NCBI GenBank assembly: GCA_040901985.1
Contig: JBBDYC010000019.1
Location: 3,214-39,896, forward strand
Reading direction: 5' to 3'
From: Gemmatimonadaceae bacterium
Lineage (GTDB): Bacteria > Gemmatimonadota > Gemmatimonadetes > Gemmatimonadales > Gemmatimonadaceae
Length of the DNA stretch: 36,683 nt
The position numbers and the translations under genes are program-made. Below the pieces are notes generated by a model. It saw only the letters and a program-made list of their open reading frames with translations. It was not told where the DNA came from and made no database searches. Shown here piece after piece: positions 18,576-28,041 of this stretch. How positions within the stretch are numbered: the stretch's first letter is position 1; every line of letters begins with the position of its first letter.

Positions 18576-19934
18576 ATGCCCGTGAGGCCGCGCGTGGCTC
18601 AGCTGTACGGCGTCCTCATTGGCGCGCTCATAGTGGTCGTGTTCGGCGCCTGCGCCGTTCTAAGACCTGACCGCGCGATCCGGGTGGCCTCGGCTCTCAT
18701 CAGCCAGACGATCTGCTCCGGCACCTTCGTATCGGGCCTCGACGCTGACTACGTGTATGCCACGGTGCTGCGGCCGATGGGACAGCTCGGCCTTCTCAAC
18801 CCCGTGCTTCGCTTCGAGGTGGACACCACCGGCGGGACGGTCACGACGAGCGTCGCGGGCCTTTTCCGCAGCCTGGCCATCCATCGAGAGGGGGCGGGGT
18901 GTGTGCTCATCCACGGAGACCCGCCACCACCATTCAGGATTGAGCGCCCGACCGCCCCTGCGCCCATCCCCGCGCATACCGTCGCGCCATCCAATGACCG
19001 GATCCGCTCCGTTCTCGACCGTGCATTCTCCCGACCTGACTTGGCAACGACCGCCGTCGTCGTCATGCATCGCGACTCCATCATCGCAGAGCGGTACGCG
19101 CCGGGCTACGGAGTGATGACCCGCCTCCAGGGCTGGTCGGTCAAGAAATCGGTCATCAACGCCCTCGTGGGTATCCTGGTCGGACAAGGGCGACTCGCCA
19201 TCCACGAGCGGGCGCCCGTACCGGCGTGGGACCGCCAAAGCGACGCGCGGCGTGCGATCACCATCGACCACCTCCTCAGGATGACGAGTGGATTGGCGTT
19301 GGCCGAAACGAACTCGGGGTTCGATCCCGTGTCGCGCATGCTCTTCCTCGAACGGGACATGGCAGCGTTCGCCGAAAGGGCCATCCTCGAGGCCGTGCCA
19401 GGAGGCCAGTGGCGCTACAGCTCGGGCAATACCGCCATCCTTGCGCGGACCATCCGCGATGCGGTTGGTGGCCGGGCCGAAGACGTGGCGCGTTTTGCGC
19501 GCGACGCGCTTTTCGACCCGCTTGGCATGAGTACGGCGTTGATTGAATTCGACGCGACCGGAACGCCGATGGCAATGTATGCCAGCGCGCGCGACTGGGC
19601 GCGATTCGGTGGGCTGTTTGCATCTGATGGGACGGTGGACGGTCGGCGGATCCTGCCGGAGGGGTGGGTCGCGTACTCCACGTCGCCGACCCTCCGGAGC
19701 GGATACGGTGCGGGTTGGTGGCTGGGAGGACCAACCTGGCGTCCCGATTGGCGCCAGCCGGCGGATGCCTTCTACGCCGCTGGGCATCTGCATCAGAAGG
19801 TCCTTGTCATTCCCTCGGCCCGGCTCGTGATTGCCCGATTCGGTGTCACGCACGTCGGCGATGACGGGTTCGGCGTCTTGGCGCAGGAAGTCCTCGCGGC
19901 CATCCAGCAGGGAACGCCCGGACTTGCGCACTAG
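18576..19934 (+). CDS. Serine hydrolase, beta-lactamase class C/AmpC-like family, with N-terminal membrane anchor
   Basis: SxxK (WSVKKS), LLRMTSGL, WRYSSG, SARDWARFG, AAGHLHQ. Start could be TTG 18567. Confidence 0.88.
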   Translation: MPVRPRVAQLYGVLIGALIVVVFGACAVLRPDRAIRVASALISQTICSGTFVSGLDADYVYATVLRPMGQLGLLNPVLRFEVDTTGGTVTTSVAGLFRSLAIHREGAGCVLIHGDPPPPFRIERPTAPAPIPAHTVAPSNDRIRSVLDRAFSRPDLATTAVVVMHRDSIIAERYAPGYGVMTRLQGWSVKKSVINALVGILVGQGRLAIHERAPVPAWDRQSDARRAITIDHLLRMTSGLALAETNSGFDPVSRMLFLERDMAAFAERAILEAVPGGQWRYSSGNTAILARTIRDAVGGRAEDVARFARDALFDPLGMSTALIEFDATGTPMAMYASARDWARFGGLFASDGTVDGRRILPEGWVAYSTSPTLRSGYGAGWWLGGPTWRPDWRQPADAFYAAGHLHQKVLVIPSARLVIARFGVTHVGDDGFGVLAQEVLAAIQQGTPGLAH

Positions 19935-20049
19935 CCGGGTCGGAATGGGATCGCTGCAGATTCACGCTGTGAGCGCTGGCCGGCGTGTGTGCGTGGGAGG
20001 CCACCTCACCCGTCGCACGCCCGTCAGCTGGATGCTATAGCTTGCCACG

Positions 20050-20715
20050 TTACTTCAGATCGCGCACGACGGACTCGAAGGACACACGGGGTTCCTTCGC
20101 GCGATCACGAAATGCCGCGAGGTCATCGGCATCGTCGGCCACCCGCCCGGCAAAGTCGTGAAACGCAGCATCCAGCCGCTCGGGCGTCGCCGACTCCGGC
20201 CGATCCAGCCACCACCGGATCATTTCAACAAGCGCCCCGGCCAGCATCCGCGCCACGGCCTGCGGCGGAATCTTCGTCGCTGCCTGCGCACGACTTGCCT
20301 CGATGCGGCGCCCGATCATGCTCGCGGCGTGCGCGGTGCACAGCATCCAAACGTCCTCCAAGCGTCCGTCCCGGCGCAGCGCCTCGACGAGCTTGCCCGA
20401 GCCTCCAATGTGCTCGAGGAGTTCGCGAACAGGGAAGAGCCGGACTCCCACCGGCGACGGACGCTGGACCCACGGCTCCAGCATCGAGAATAACAGCTCG
20501 AAGCTGGATTCGAGCACGTCCTCCTTGTTGCGGTAGTGCGCGTAGAACGCGGTGCGCCCCACGTCCGCGCGGTCGAGGATCTGTTGCACCGTGATCTCCT
20601 CGAACGGGCGCTCCTGGAGCAGACCGATCAGGGCGGCGCCCAGGGCGTGCGCGGTGCGCGCGACTCGCGGGTCCGGCTCGTCGTTCCGAACAGCGGTGCG
20701 TGAATTGTTCGTCAT
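20050..20715 (-). CDS. TetR/AcrR family transcriptional regulator
   Basis: DPRVART...ITVQQILDRADVGRTAFYAHYRNKEDVL HTH. Confidence 0.92.
   Translation of the reverse strand: MTNNSRTAVRNDEPDPRVARTAHALGAALIGLLQERPFEEITVQQILDRADVGRTAFYAHYRNKEDVLESSFELLFSMLEPWVQRPSPVGVRLFPVRELLEHIGGSGKLVEALRRDGRLEDVWMLCTAHAASMIGRRIEASRAQAATKIPPQAVARMLAGALVEMIRWWLDRPESATPERLDAAFHDFAGRVADDADDLAAFRDRAKEPRVSFESVVRDLK
20687..20711. promoter_or_regulatory. Candidate TetR operator CGAACA-N13-TGTTCG
   Basis: Perfect 6-bp inverted arms over the first codons of tetR, 75 bp upstream of the divergent gene. Confidence 0.45.
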
Positions 20716-20785
20716 CGCAGGCGAGGGCGAGGGGAGGACATAATCTTACGCCGCGCGCACGCAGCCACAATCACCCACGCCCGCA

Positions 20786-21418
20786 ATGACTATGAATCGC
20801 TCTGCCCCCATCGCTCTCGTCGTCGGCTCGCTCGCCGGGCTGGTGACGATGGTCCTGCACCCCACCGGGGGCGACGTGGTTGATGTCGCTACCGCGGGTG
20901 GCGCCAATGCGCTCGTGACCGCGGTGCACGCGCTGGCGCTGCTCGGCCAGCCGCTGCTGCTCACCGGGATGCTGGCGCTGACCGTCCAACTGCGCGCGCG
21001 GCGCGACCTGGCCATCGGCGCGTTCGTCTTCTTCGCATTTGCCAGCGTCGCCGTCCTGATTGCGGGCGCAGCAAGCGGTTTCGTCTCACCGGCCGCGGTG
21101 CGCGGACTCGGCGACGCCGATGATCTGACGCGCGCGGGGATGATGAACGCGATGCACTACACCGGTCTGCTGAATCAGGCGTTCGCGAAGATCTACGTCC
21201 TGTTCACGGGAATTGCGCTCGTCCTGTGGGCGGCCGCGATGCTACTGGGGCGCGAGCTGTCGCGTGCGCTCGCGGTGTACGGCGCCATCCTCGGCGTCGT
21301 CTTGCTGGCGGGCGTGCTGACCGGGCAGCTGCGGCTGGACATCCACGGCTTTGGCGCGGTGGTGCTGGGGCAGGGCATCTGGATGGTCTGGACAGCGCGG
21401 CGGCTTTGGGTGAGATAA
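20786..21418 (+). CDS. Multi-pass membrane protein of unknown function, divergent from TetR
   Basis: About six hydrophobic segments; motifs TMVLHPTG and LDIHGFG. Confidence 0.8.
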   Translation: MTMNRSAPIALVVGSLAGLVTMVLHPTGGDVVDVATAGGANALVTAVHALALLGQPLLLTGMLALTVQLRARRDLAIGAFVFFAFASVAVLIAGAASGFVSPAAVRGLGDADDLTRAGMMNAMHYTGLLNQAFAKIYVLFTGIALVLWAAAMLLGRELSRALAVYGAILGVVLLAGVLTGQLRLDIHGFGAVVLGQGIWMVWTARRLWVR

Positions 21419-21602
21419 ACAGAAGGCCAAAATCCGCACCCCATTCCGCGGGCCAATTCGTTAGCTTCCGAGGGTTGCGGGTCGGCGCATCGGCGCCCTG
21501 GCACCTCTGCCGCCCGCCGCTGCCTCCCGTCGGAGAGGCCGGACGCTCTCCGCGTCCCCCTGCCGCTCGATGCGGGGCCGCGGATGACCCACAGGAGAAG
21601 CC

Positions 21603-23045
21603 GTGGCGCTTCGGAACCAGGTTCAGCTCATCGCCTACCCACACCGAATGGGGGGCAATCTCGCCGGCCTCGCCGACGTCCTTGAGTCGCACCTCAGCCG
21701 CGCAGTCGGCGGCGTCCACATCCTCCCGTTCTATCCGTCGAACGCCGACAGTGGCTTCTCGCCGCTGACCCACAAGGAGGTGGACCCGAACTTCGGCACC
21801 TGGGCCGACATCGAGCGCATCGCCGCGAAGTTCGACATCTGCGCCGACCTCACCATCAATCACATCTCCGACGAGTCGGTGGAGTTCCGGGATTTCGTCG
21901 CCAACGGGATGCGCTCGGAGTACGCCGATCTCTTCGTGCACGTGGACCAGCTCGGCGAGATCTCGCCGGACGACCTCGCCAAGATCCACATCCGCAAGGA
22001 GAAGGAGCCGTTTCGCGAAGTGCGGCTGCCCGACGGCACCGTCCACCGCGTCTGGACGACCTTCACCGAGAAGCAGATTGACCTCAACTACAACTCGCCG
22101 CGCACCTACGCGCTGATGGAGGAGTACGTCACCTTCCTCGCGGCGCGCGGCGTCAAGCTCTTCCGCCTCGACGCCTTCGGCTACACCACCAAGCGCATCG
22201 GCACGAGCTGCTTTCTCGTCGAGCCGGACGTCTACGAGATCCTCCGGTGGATTCATCGTGCTGCCGTCGCGCACGGCGCCGACACCCTCCCCGAGGTGCA
22301 CGACCATCCGAGCTACCAGCACGCCATCTCGCTGCACGGCATGCGTCCGTACGGCTTTGCGTTGCCGCCGCTCGTGCTGCACGCGCTCCTCGACGCCGAC
22401 AGCACCTACCTCAAACGCTGGTTGCGGATGTGCCCGCGCAACCAGGTTTCCGTGCTCGACACCCACGACGGCATCTGCATCCCAGACGTCGAGGGGCTGC
22501 TTCCGCAGCAGGAAATCCAGGACGTCATTGACAACGTCTCGCAGCGATCGGCCGACCCGATCTACCGGCGTTCGGCCGCCAGCGTCCACAGCGTCGGGGC
22601 GATTTACCAACTGACCTGCACCTTTTACGACGCGCTCAAGCAGAACGACGACGCCAACGTCGCGGCGCGCGCCATCCAACTCTTTTCGCCGGGCATTCCA
22701 CAGGTGTACTACGTCGGCTGGCTCGGCGGGACGAACGAGATCGAGCAGGCCGAGCAGTCGGGTGACCCGCGTGACGTCAACCGCCACTTCTATACGCGCG
22801 AGGCCATTGACGCCGCCGTCAGGCAGCCGATGGTGCGGCGAATCCAGAAGCTGATGGAGTTTCGCTCGACCTATCCGGCCTTCAACGGCGAGTTCCAACT
22901 GGAGTACTCGAACAACAGCAGCGTCGCCGTCGCCTGGCGGCTTGGAGACTACCGCTGCGAACTCTTTGTTGACCTGATCTTCAAGAAGGCGACGATCCGT
23001 TACGCCGACCCGCACACCGGTCGGACACTCACCATCAAGTGCTGA
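21603..23045 (+). CDS. gtfA: GH13_18 phosphorylase, probably glucosylglycerol phosphorylase (usually auto-annotated as sucrose phosphorylase)
   Basis: NQVQLIAY; RLDAFGY nucleophile, PEVHDH acid/base, LDTHDGI. Loop SVGAIYQLTCTFYDAL resembles the Marinobacter GG phosphorylase as I recall it. AGGAGA RBS. Confidence 0.9.
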   Translation: MALRNQVQLIAYPHRMGGNLAGLADVLESHLSRAVGGVHILPFYPSNADSGFSPLTHKEVDPNFGTWADIERIAAKFDICADLTINHISDESVEFRDFVANGMRSEYADLFVHVDQLGEISPDDLAKIHIRKEKEPFREVRLPDGTVHRVWTTFTEKQIDLNYNSPRTYALMEEYVTFLAARGVKLFRLDAFGYTTKRIGTSCFLVEPDVYEILRWIHRAAVAHGADTLPEVHDHPSYQHAISLHGMRPYGFALPPLVLHALLDADSTYLKRWLRMCPRNQVSVLDTHDGICIPDVEGLLPQQEIQDVIDNVSQRSADPIYRRSAASVHSVGAIYQLTCTFYDALKQNDDANVAARAIQLFSPGIPQVYYVGWLGGTNEIEQAEQSGDPRDVNRHFYTREAIDAAVRQPMVRRIQKLMEFRSTYPAFNGEFQLEYSNNSSVAVAWRLGDYRCELFVDLIFKKATIRYADPHTGRTLTIKC

Positions 23046-23767
23046 TGCGAGTACTGGCGACGGATCTCGACGGCACCTTTCTCGCCGGCAATGACGCCAC
23101 GCGCGCGGCGCTCACGCAGCGCTTTCGCGACGATGCCGACCGCTGGCTCCTCTACGTCTCGGGGCGCTCGAGCCGAAGCGTGACCGAGCTCGTCAGTGCC
23201 GGCCTGCTGCCGCGACCGGACGCGATGATCTGCGACGTCGGCAGCTACGTCGCCGATGCATCCGGTGCGCCGCTCGATGGCGCGCTCCTCACCGCCATCG
23301 CCGAGGCATGGGGGGAGCGCAGCGAGCAGGTCAAGGCGGCGTTCGCGGGTGTCCGTGGACTGCGTCCGCAACGGTACTTCGGTCCCTACCGTGTCGCCTA
23401 CTACTACGACACGCCCGAGGTCCTTCCCGAGGCGCACGCGCTCGCCGACTCGCTCGGCTGCGACGGCCTCGTCTCCGATGGGCAGTACTTCGACGTCCTT
23501 CCGCGCGGCGTCAACAAGGGGACGACGCTCCGTGGCTTCGTCGAGACGCTCGGCGTGGCCAGCGACGAGATCCTCGTGGCCGGCGACACGCTCAACGATC
23601 TCGCGATGCTCACGGCCGGTTTTCCCGCCGTCGTCGTCGGCAACGCGGAGCCGGCGCTCCTCGCCGCGCTCCCGAGCGACCCGCGCATCTACCGCGCCAC
23701 CAGGCCGGGCTGCGACGGCATCGCCGAGGCGCTTGCGCACCACGGCGTGGAGGTGTCGCGTGGCTGA
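23045..23767 (+). CDS. HAD-IIB (SPP-like) phosphatase, putative glucosylglycerol-phosphate phosphatase
   Basis: LATDLDGTFL, YVSGRS, DVLPRGVNKG, AGDTLND. ATG overlaps the upstream stop (TGATG). Confidence 0.88.
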   Translation: MRVLATDLDGTFLAGNDATRAALTQRFRDDADRWLLYVSGRSSRSVTELVSAGLLPRPDAMICDVGSYVADASGAPLDGALLTAIAEAWGERSEQVKAAFAGVRGLRPQRYFGPYRVAYYYDTPEVLPEAHALADSLGCDGLVSDGQYFDVLPRGVNKGTTLRGFVETLGVASDEILVAGDTLNDLAMLTAGFPAVVVGNAEPALLAALPSDPRIYRATRPGCDGIAEALAHHGVEVSRG

Positions 23768-25232
23768 ACTCGTCGTCGTGTACCACCGCCAGCCGTTCGA
23801 GCGCGTCGTCGTGGATGGTGAGGAGGTGCTGCAGAGCCATCGCAGCCCGAACGGCATCGTCCCGACCCTGCGCGGGTTCTTCCAGTACTTCGACCGCGGC
23901 ACGTGGGTCGCGTGGAAGGAGGTGCCCGAGGGCGAGGAGGGGCGAGTCGTCTCGCGCGCGCCGGTGTCGTTCGCCGGTGAGTCGTACGACGTCGCCCAGC
24001 TCGGGCTCACCAAGGAGCAGGTCGCGTCGTTCTACAAGATCACGTCGAAGGCGGCGCTCTGGCCGATCCTCCACAGCTTCATTGACAAGTTCGACTACGA
24101 CGCCGCGGACTGGAAGACCTTCCGCGCGGTGAACCAGCTCTTCGCCGACGCGACCTGCGACGTCGCCAGCGAAGGCGCGGTGGTCTGGGTCCACGACTAC
24201 AACCTTTGGCTCGTGCCGAAGATGATTCGCGCGCGACGCCCCGACTTGCAGATCGCCTTCTTCCATCACACGCCGTTCCCGAGCAGCGACGTGTTCGGCG
24301 TCCTCCCGTGGCGCACCGAGATCACCGAGAGCCTGCTCGCCTGCGACCGTGTGGGTTTTCACATTCCGCGCTACGCCGAGAACTTTGCGGCGGTGGCGCG
24401 GGCGTTCGGCGGTGCGGTCACGGCGCGCCGATATCCGGTGAGCGAGCAGATGCGCCCGGAGGGGTGGGCCCTCCAGGAGAGCACCTGCATCGAGGAGCTC
24501 ACCTGGCGCGACCGGAGCGTCCACGTGGACGTCGTGCCGCTCGGTGTGAACGTGGACCGCATTGTCGAGACGGTGAACTCGGACGCCGCGCAGGCCCGCG
24601 CCCGCGAGATCCGCGAGCAGGCCAACGTGGACACGATGCTCTTCTCCGTCGGCCGCGTGGACTACACGAAGGGCACCGTCGAGATGCTCGACGCCTACGG
24701 ACGCCTGCTCCAACGCCGCCCCGACCTGCTCGGCAGGATCAAGCTCTACGTCATCTGCGTGGCGCCCGCGCCGGGAATGCGCGTGTACGACGACATCCAG
24801 GGCGCCATCGAGCAGCGCGTCGGCAACATCAACGGTCGCCACTCGAACCTCGACTGGGTACCAGTCGTGCTCTTCTCCACGCCGATGCAGTTCACGGAGT
24901 TGATCAGTTGGTATCTCGCCGCCGACGTCTGCTGGATCACGCCGCTCCGCGATGGGCTCAACCTCGTCGCCAAGGAATTCATCGCCGCCAAGCAGGGGCG
25001 TGGCGGCAAGCTGATCCTCTCCGAGTTCACGGGTGCCGCCGTCGAGCTCGAGGCCGCGATCCTCACGCATCCGTATTCCGCGCGCAGCATGGACGGCGCG
25101 ATTGACGAGGCACTCGCGATGACCGACGACGAGGCGCGCGACCGGATGACGCGCCTCTGGAATCGGACGCGCGAGCAGGACCTCGGCTGGTGGACGCGCG
25201 AGATCCTGCGCCGATTCAACGTGACGGCGTAG
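23760..25232 (+). CDS. ggpS: Glucosylglycerol-phosphate synthase (GT20)
   Basis: GGAGG RBS then GTG at 23760. LVVVYHRQPF, SPNGIVPTL, WVHDYNLWLVP, FFHHTPFP, GRVDYTKG, ITPLRDGLNLVAKEF. Confidence 0.88.
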   Translation: MAELVVVYHRQPFERVVVDGEEVLQSHRSPNGIVPTLRGFFQYFDRGTWVAWKEVPEGEEGRVVSRAPVSFAGESYDVAQLGLTKEQVASFYKITSKAALWPILHSFIDKFDYDAADWKTFRAVNQLFADATCDVASEGAVVWVHDYNLWLVPKMIRARRPDLQIAFFHHTPFPSSDVFGVLPWRTEITESLLACDRVGFHIPRYAENFAAVARAFGGAVTARRYPVSEQMRPEGWALQESTCIEELTWRDRSVHVDVVPLGVNVDRIVETVNSDAAQARAREIREQANVDTMLFSVGRVDYTKGTVEMLDAYGRLLQRRPDLLGRIKLYVICVAPAPGMRVYDDIQGAIEQRVGNINGRHSNLDWVPVVLFSTPMQFTELISWYLAADVCWITPLRDGLNLVAKEFIAAKQGRGGKLILSEFTGAAVELEAAILTHPYSARSMDGAIDEALAMTDDEARDRMTRLWNRTREQDLGWWTREILRRFNVTA

Positions 25233-25235
25233 CGA

Positions 25236-26786
25236 CTACGCGAAGCCGATGACGGTGAGGATGACGCCGAGCACGACGAGCGCCGCCCAGAGGCGATAGT
25301 CGCGCAGGAGTCCAGTCCCGGGCGTCGGTCTGGCGAGCGCCGGCGTCCAGACGGTGTCGGCCGGTGGCTCCGAACGCTCGGTCGTCGTCACCGAGAGCGT
25401 GACGAGGAGCGCAACGCAGAAGGCCGTCAACAGGAACGCATTGACGGTGAAGTGCAGCGGCCACGCGCCGAGTTTCGTCGCCACGAAGAGCGCGAGCCCG
25501 GCGAGGTGACCGAGCGCCAGCGTCGGGAACGCCGCGCGGGGTTGCGCACCGCGCCAGAGCACGCCGCCAAGGTAGACCGCGGCGACGGGTGGCACGGCGT
25601 ACGAGAAGACTTCCTGCAGGTACGAGAAGAGGCCGGGGAAGCGCTCGATGACCGGCGCCCAGGCGATGGCCACGACCATGAAGCCGAGGGTGGTGAAGCG
25701 TGCGATGCGCAGCAATCGTCCGCGCTCGATTGCCTTCTGGTCGAGTCTCGCGAGGTCGTAGACCGCGATGGCCGCCGCCGCGTTGAGCGTGCTGTCAATC
25801 GTGGACATGATGGCCGCCATCACGGCGGCGATGACGAGACCGCGAAGGCCCACGGGCAAGAGGTCGCGCACGAGCGTCGGGAAGACCTCGTCGGGGCGGG
25901 CAAGCTCGGGGAGGAGGGCAATCGCCATCACGCCGGGAAGCACCATGATGAAGAGCGGGAGGAGCTTGAGGCCCGCCGCCAACACCGTTCCCCAGCGCGC
26001 GTGGTCGAGGTTGCGCGCGGCGAGGAAGCGCTGGGAGATGTACTGGTTGGTGGTCCAGTAATAGAGACCGAGGATCGGAAGTCCCAGCACCAGCCCGGGC
26101 CACGGCAGGTTGGGGTCGTCTGCCGGCAGGATCAGGTGAAGGTGGTCGTCGGGCAGGGCGGAGCGCATCGTCGCCCAATCGAAGTCGAAGTGGCCGTAGG
26201 CGGTCAACGTGAGGATGACCGAGCCGAGGATCAACACGGCCGCCTGCACGACATCGGTGAGCATCACTGCCTTGAGACCGCCTGCGGCCGTGTAGAGGCC
26301 GGCAAAGAGGCCGAGGGCGATGAGCGTCGGCCAGAGCGGAAGGGCGGGGATGAAGACCGTCAGGACGAGGGCACCGGCGTAGAGACTGCCCGCCGTGTCC
26401 ACGATGACCGAGAGAAACATCATCAGGGCGGCGACGTAGTAGCGCGACCGCCGGTCGAACCGTCGCTCGATGTAGTCAGGGATCGTCATCACCCGCGAGC
26501 GCAGGTAGATCGGGACGAGCACGACCGCCGCGAAAACGAGGACGAGCGCCGCCATCCATTCGTAGCTCGCCACCGCGATGCCGCTGGCGTAGGCGGCGCC
26601 CGCGAGGCCGATCAACGTCGTGCTCGACACGTTCGACGCGAAGAGCGACGTCCCGACGACGCCGAAGCCGAGGCCGCGCCCCGCGAGAAAGAGCGATTCT
26701 GCATCGTGCGTGCCGCGGCCGACCCGTAGGCCAATCCAAGCGACGACCGCGAGATACAGGATCGGAACCAGCAGATCCCAGTTCAT
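25236..26786 (-). CDS. Sodium:solute symporter (SSS, SGLT-like sugar subgroup)
   Basis: FLAGRGL, SLFASNVSSTTLIGLAG, YEWMA, YYWTTNQYISQR, AAIMSTIDSTLN. Confidence 0.92.
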   Translation of the reverse strand: MNWDLLVPILYLAVVAWIGLRVGRGTHDAESLFLAGRGLGFGVVGTSLFASNVSSTTLIGLAGAAYASGIAVASYEWMAALVLVFAAVVLVPIYLRSRVMTIPDYIERRFDRRSRYYVAALMMFLSVIVDTAGSLYAGALVLTVFIPALPLWPTLIALGLFAGLYTAAGGLKAVMLTDVVQAAVLILGSVILTLTAYGHFDFDWATMRSALPDDHLHLILPADDPNLPWPGLVLGLPILGLYYWTTNQYISQRFLAARNLDHARWGTVLAAGLKLLPLFIMVLPGVMAIALLPELARPDEVFPTLVRDLLPVGLRGLVIAAVMAAIMSTIDSTLNAAAAIAVYDLARLDQKAIERGRLLRIARFTTLGFMVVAIAWAPVIERFPGLFSYLQEVFSYAVPPVAAVYLGGVLWRGAQPRAAFPTLALGHLAGLALFVATKLGAWPLHFTVNAFLLTAFCVALLVTLSVTTTERSEPPADTVWTPALARPTPGTGLLRDYRLWAALVVLGVILTVIGFA

Positions 26787-26918
26787 GCGAAGTCCTTGAT
26801 CGGTGCGTGGTGCGCAACGTACGCCCAGAGTCGCGAGGATGCCACCCCAGCGGATGCCCTCCGCAATTACGAAGGACGGCAGCGCACTTCACGACGCCGG
26901 TGGAGTCCACACGGCGCA

Positions 26919-27530
26919 CTATGTCCGGACAAACTCGTGGAGCTGCGTGAACTCGCCGGTGTCTGCGCGCCGCAGCGCTTCGATGTAACGACTGCGAGTT
27001 GCGGGGTGATCCGCTCCACCGCTGGCAGCACCCCAGGTGAACGGCGGTCGTTTCCACCGTTCCAGAAGGAGGTCCGTCGCCAGCCTGCCATGCCTTCCGT
27101 TCCCGTTGGGCCACGGGTGGATTCTTACGAGCTCGTGGTGGAATCTTGCGGCGAGCTTGTCGAGCGCGTCGTCATCTCTCGCGATTGCCTCGTACTGCGT
27201 TGCCGTATTCGCGAGCAGGTCCCTCACACGGCGAGGCACGTCGGGCCAGCGGTACGGCGAGATGTTCTTCTCAGATCTCCTGAACGAACCGGCCCAAGTC
27301 CAGGTCTGGCCAAACATGCGACGATGGAGTTCCTGGAGCGTATCGAGCTCGAGCACATCAAGTGAGCGTCCCGAAAGCCATTCCATCGCAAGCTCCAGAT
27401 TCTTCGCTTCCCACTGATTGAGGTCGGCCCGGGTCTCGAGGTGCGACGGCATCAACCCCTCGACCTCGGCTTCGTCGAGCGGAGTGTCACCGTCGCCCTC
27501 GTGCGTGTCTGCCAGAGCGTCACGTCGCAC
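26919..27530 (-). CDS. Mobile mystery protein B (Fic domain)
   Basis: GDTPLDEAEVEGL, LHRRMFGQTWTWAGSFR, Fic motif HPWPNGNGRHGRL. Confidence 0.9.
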   Translation of the reverse strand: MRRDALADTHEGDGDTPLDEAEVEGLMPSHLETRADLNQWEAKNLELAMEWLSGRSLDVLELDTLQELHRRMFGQTWTWAGSFRRSEKNISPYRWPDVPRRVRDLLANTATQYEAIARDDDALDKLAARFHHELVRIHPWPNGNGRHGRLATDLLLERWKRPPFTWGAASGGADHPATRSRYIEALRRADTGEFTQLHEFVRT

Positions 27531-27533
27531 TGC

Positions 27534-28010
27534 CTAGTCCCACAGGCTGCGTGCCCGCTTGGTGAGCCAGTGATCGATTGCTCGCCGTTCATCAAGCACT
27601 TCCTCGACGCCCGCTCCTTGGGCTTCCAGGCGCATCGTATGGACGAGCCTGTTCCGCTCCTCTCGAGCCTTTCGGACCGCTTGCTGATGCATTGTCGTCT
27701 CGAGTGACGACCGGGGAGCAAATACAATCTTGAGTTCACAGTCCATTGCCTCAGCTGCTTCCCGCAGCTTGGCGACTGAGATCGTCTCTTTCCTCTCCCT
27801 CTCTTCCAGACTTTGTAGCGATTGCGGGGAGATTCGGAGACGCCTTCCGAGTTGAGCCATCGTCATTCCGAGCGCTTCTCGTATGGTGCGAATCCAGCCC
27901 GCTCTTGGCGTGTCCAGCAACCTCAGCTGCTCTAGGCGGCCATCCAGTTGGTGCCGCTGCAGGGCCAGCATTTCTGGCGACTTCCGGGGTGATCTGGCAG
28001 GCCGTTTCAT
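27534..28010 (-). CDS. Mobile mystery protein A (XRE-type HTH)
   Basis: PRAGWIRTIREALGMTMAQLGRRL, HTMRLEAQG, C-terminal LWD; directly upstream of the Fic gene. Confidence 0.9.
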   Translation of the reverse strand: MKRPARSPRKSPEMLALQRHQLDGRLEQLRLLDTPRAGWIRTIREALGMTMAQLGRRLRISPQSLQSLEERERKETISVAKLREAAEAMDCELKIVFAPRSSLETTMHQQAVRKAREERNRLVHTMRLEAQGAGVEEVLDERRAIDHWLTKRARSLWD

Positions 28011-28041
28011 ATAGTATTAGTCCTAGGCAAATGCAGTATTC

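Noticed and set aside
18576..19934. Antibiotic-resistance beta-lactamase
   Set aside because: YSS replaces YxN and there is no KTG motif; this fits the broad esterase/amidase branch better.
21419..21602. Hairpin-rich leader before the phosphorylase as a riboswitch
   Set aside because: No recognisable riboswitch motif; would need an Rfam search.
23256..23759. 168-aa N-terminal extension of GgpS in the ORF track
   Set aside because: Overlaps the HAD gene in another frame, is low-complexity, and a good RBS precedes GTG 23760.
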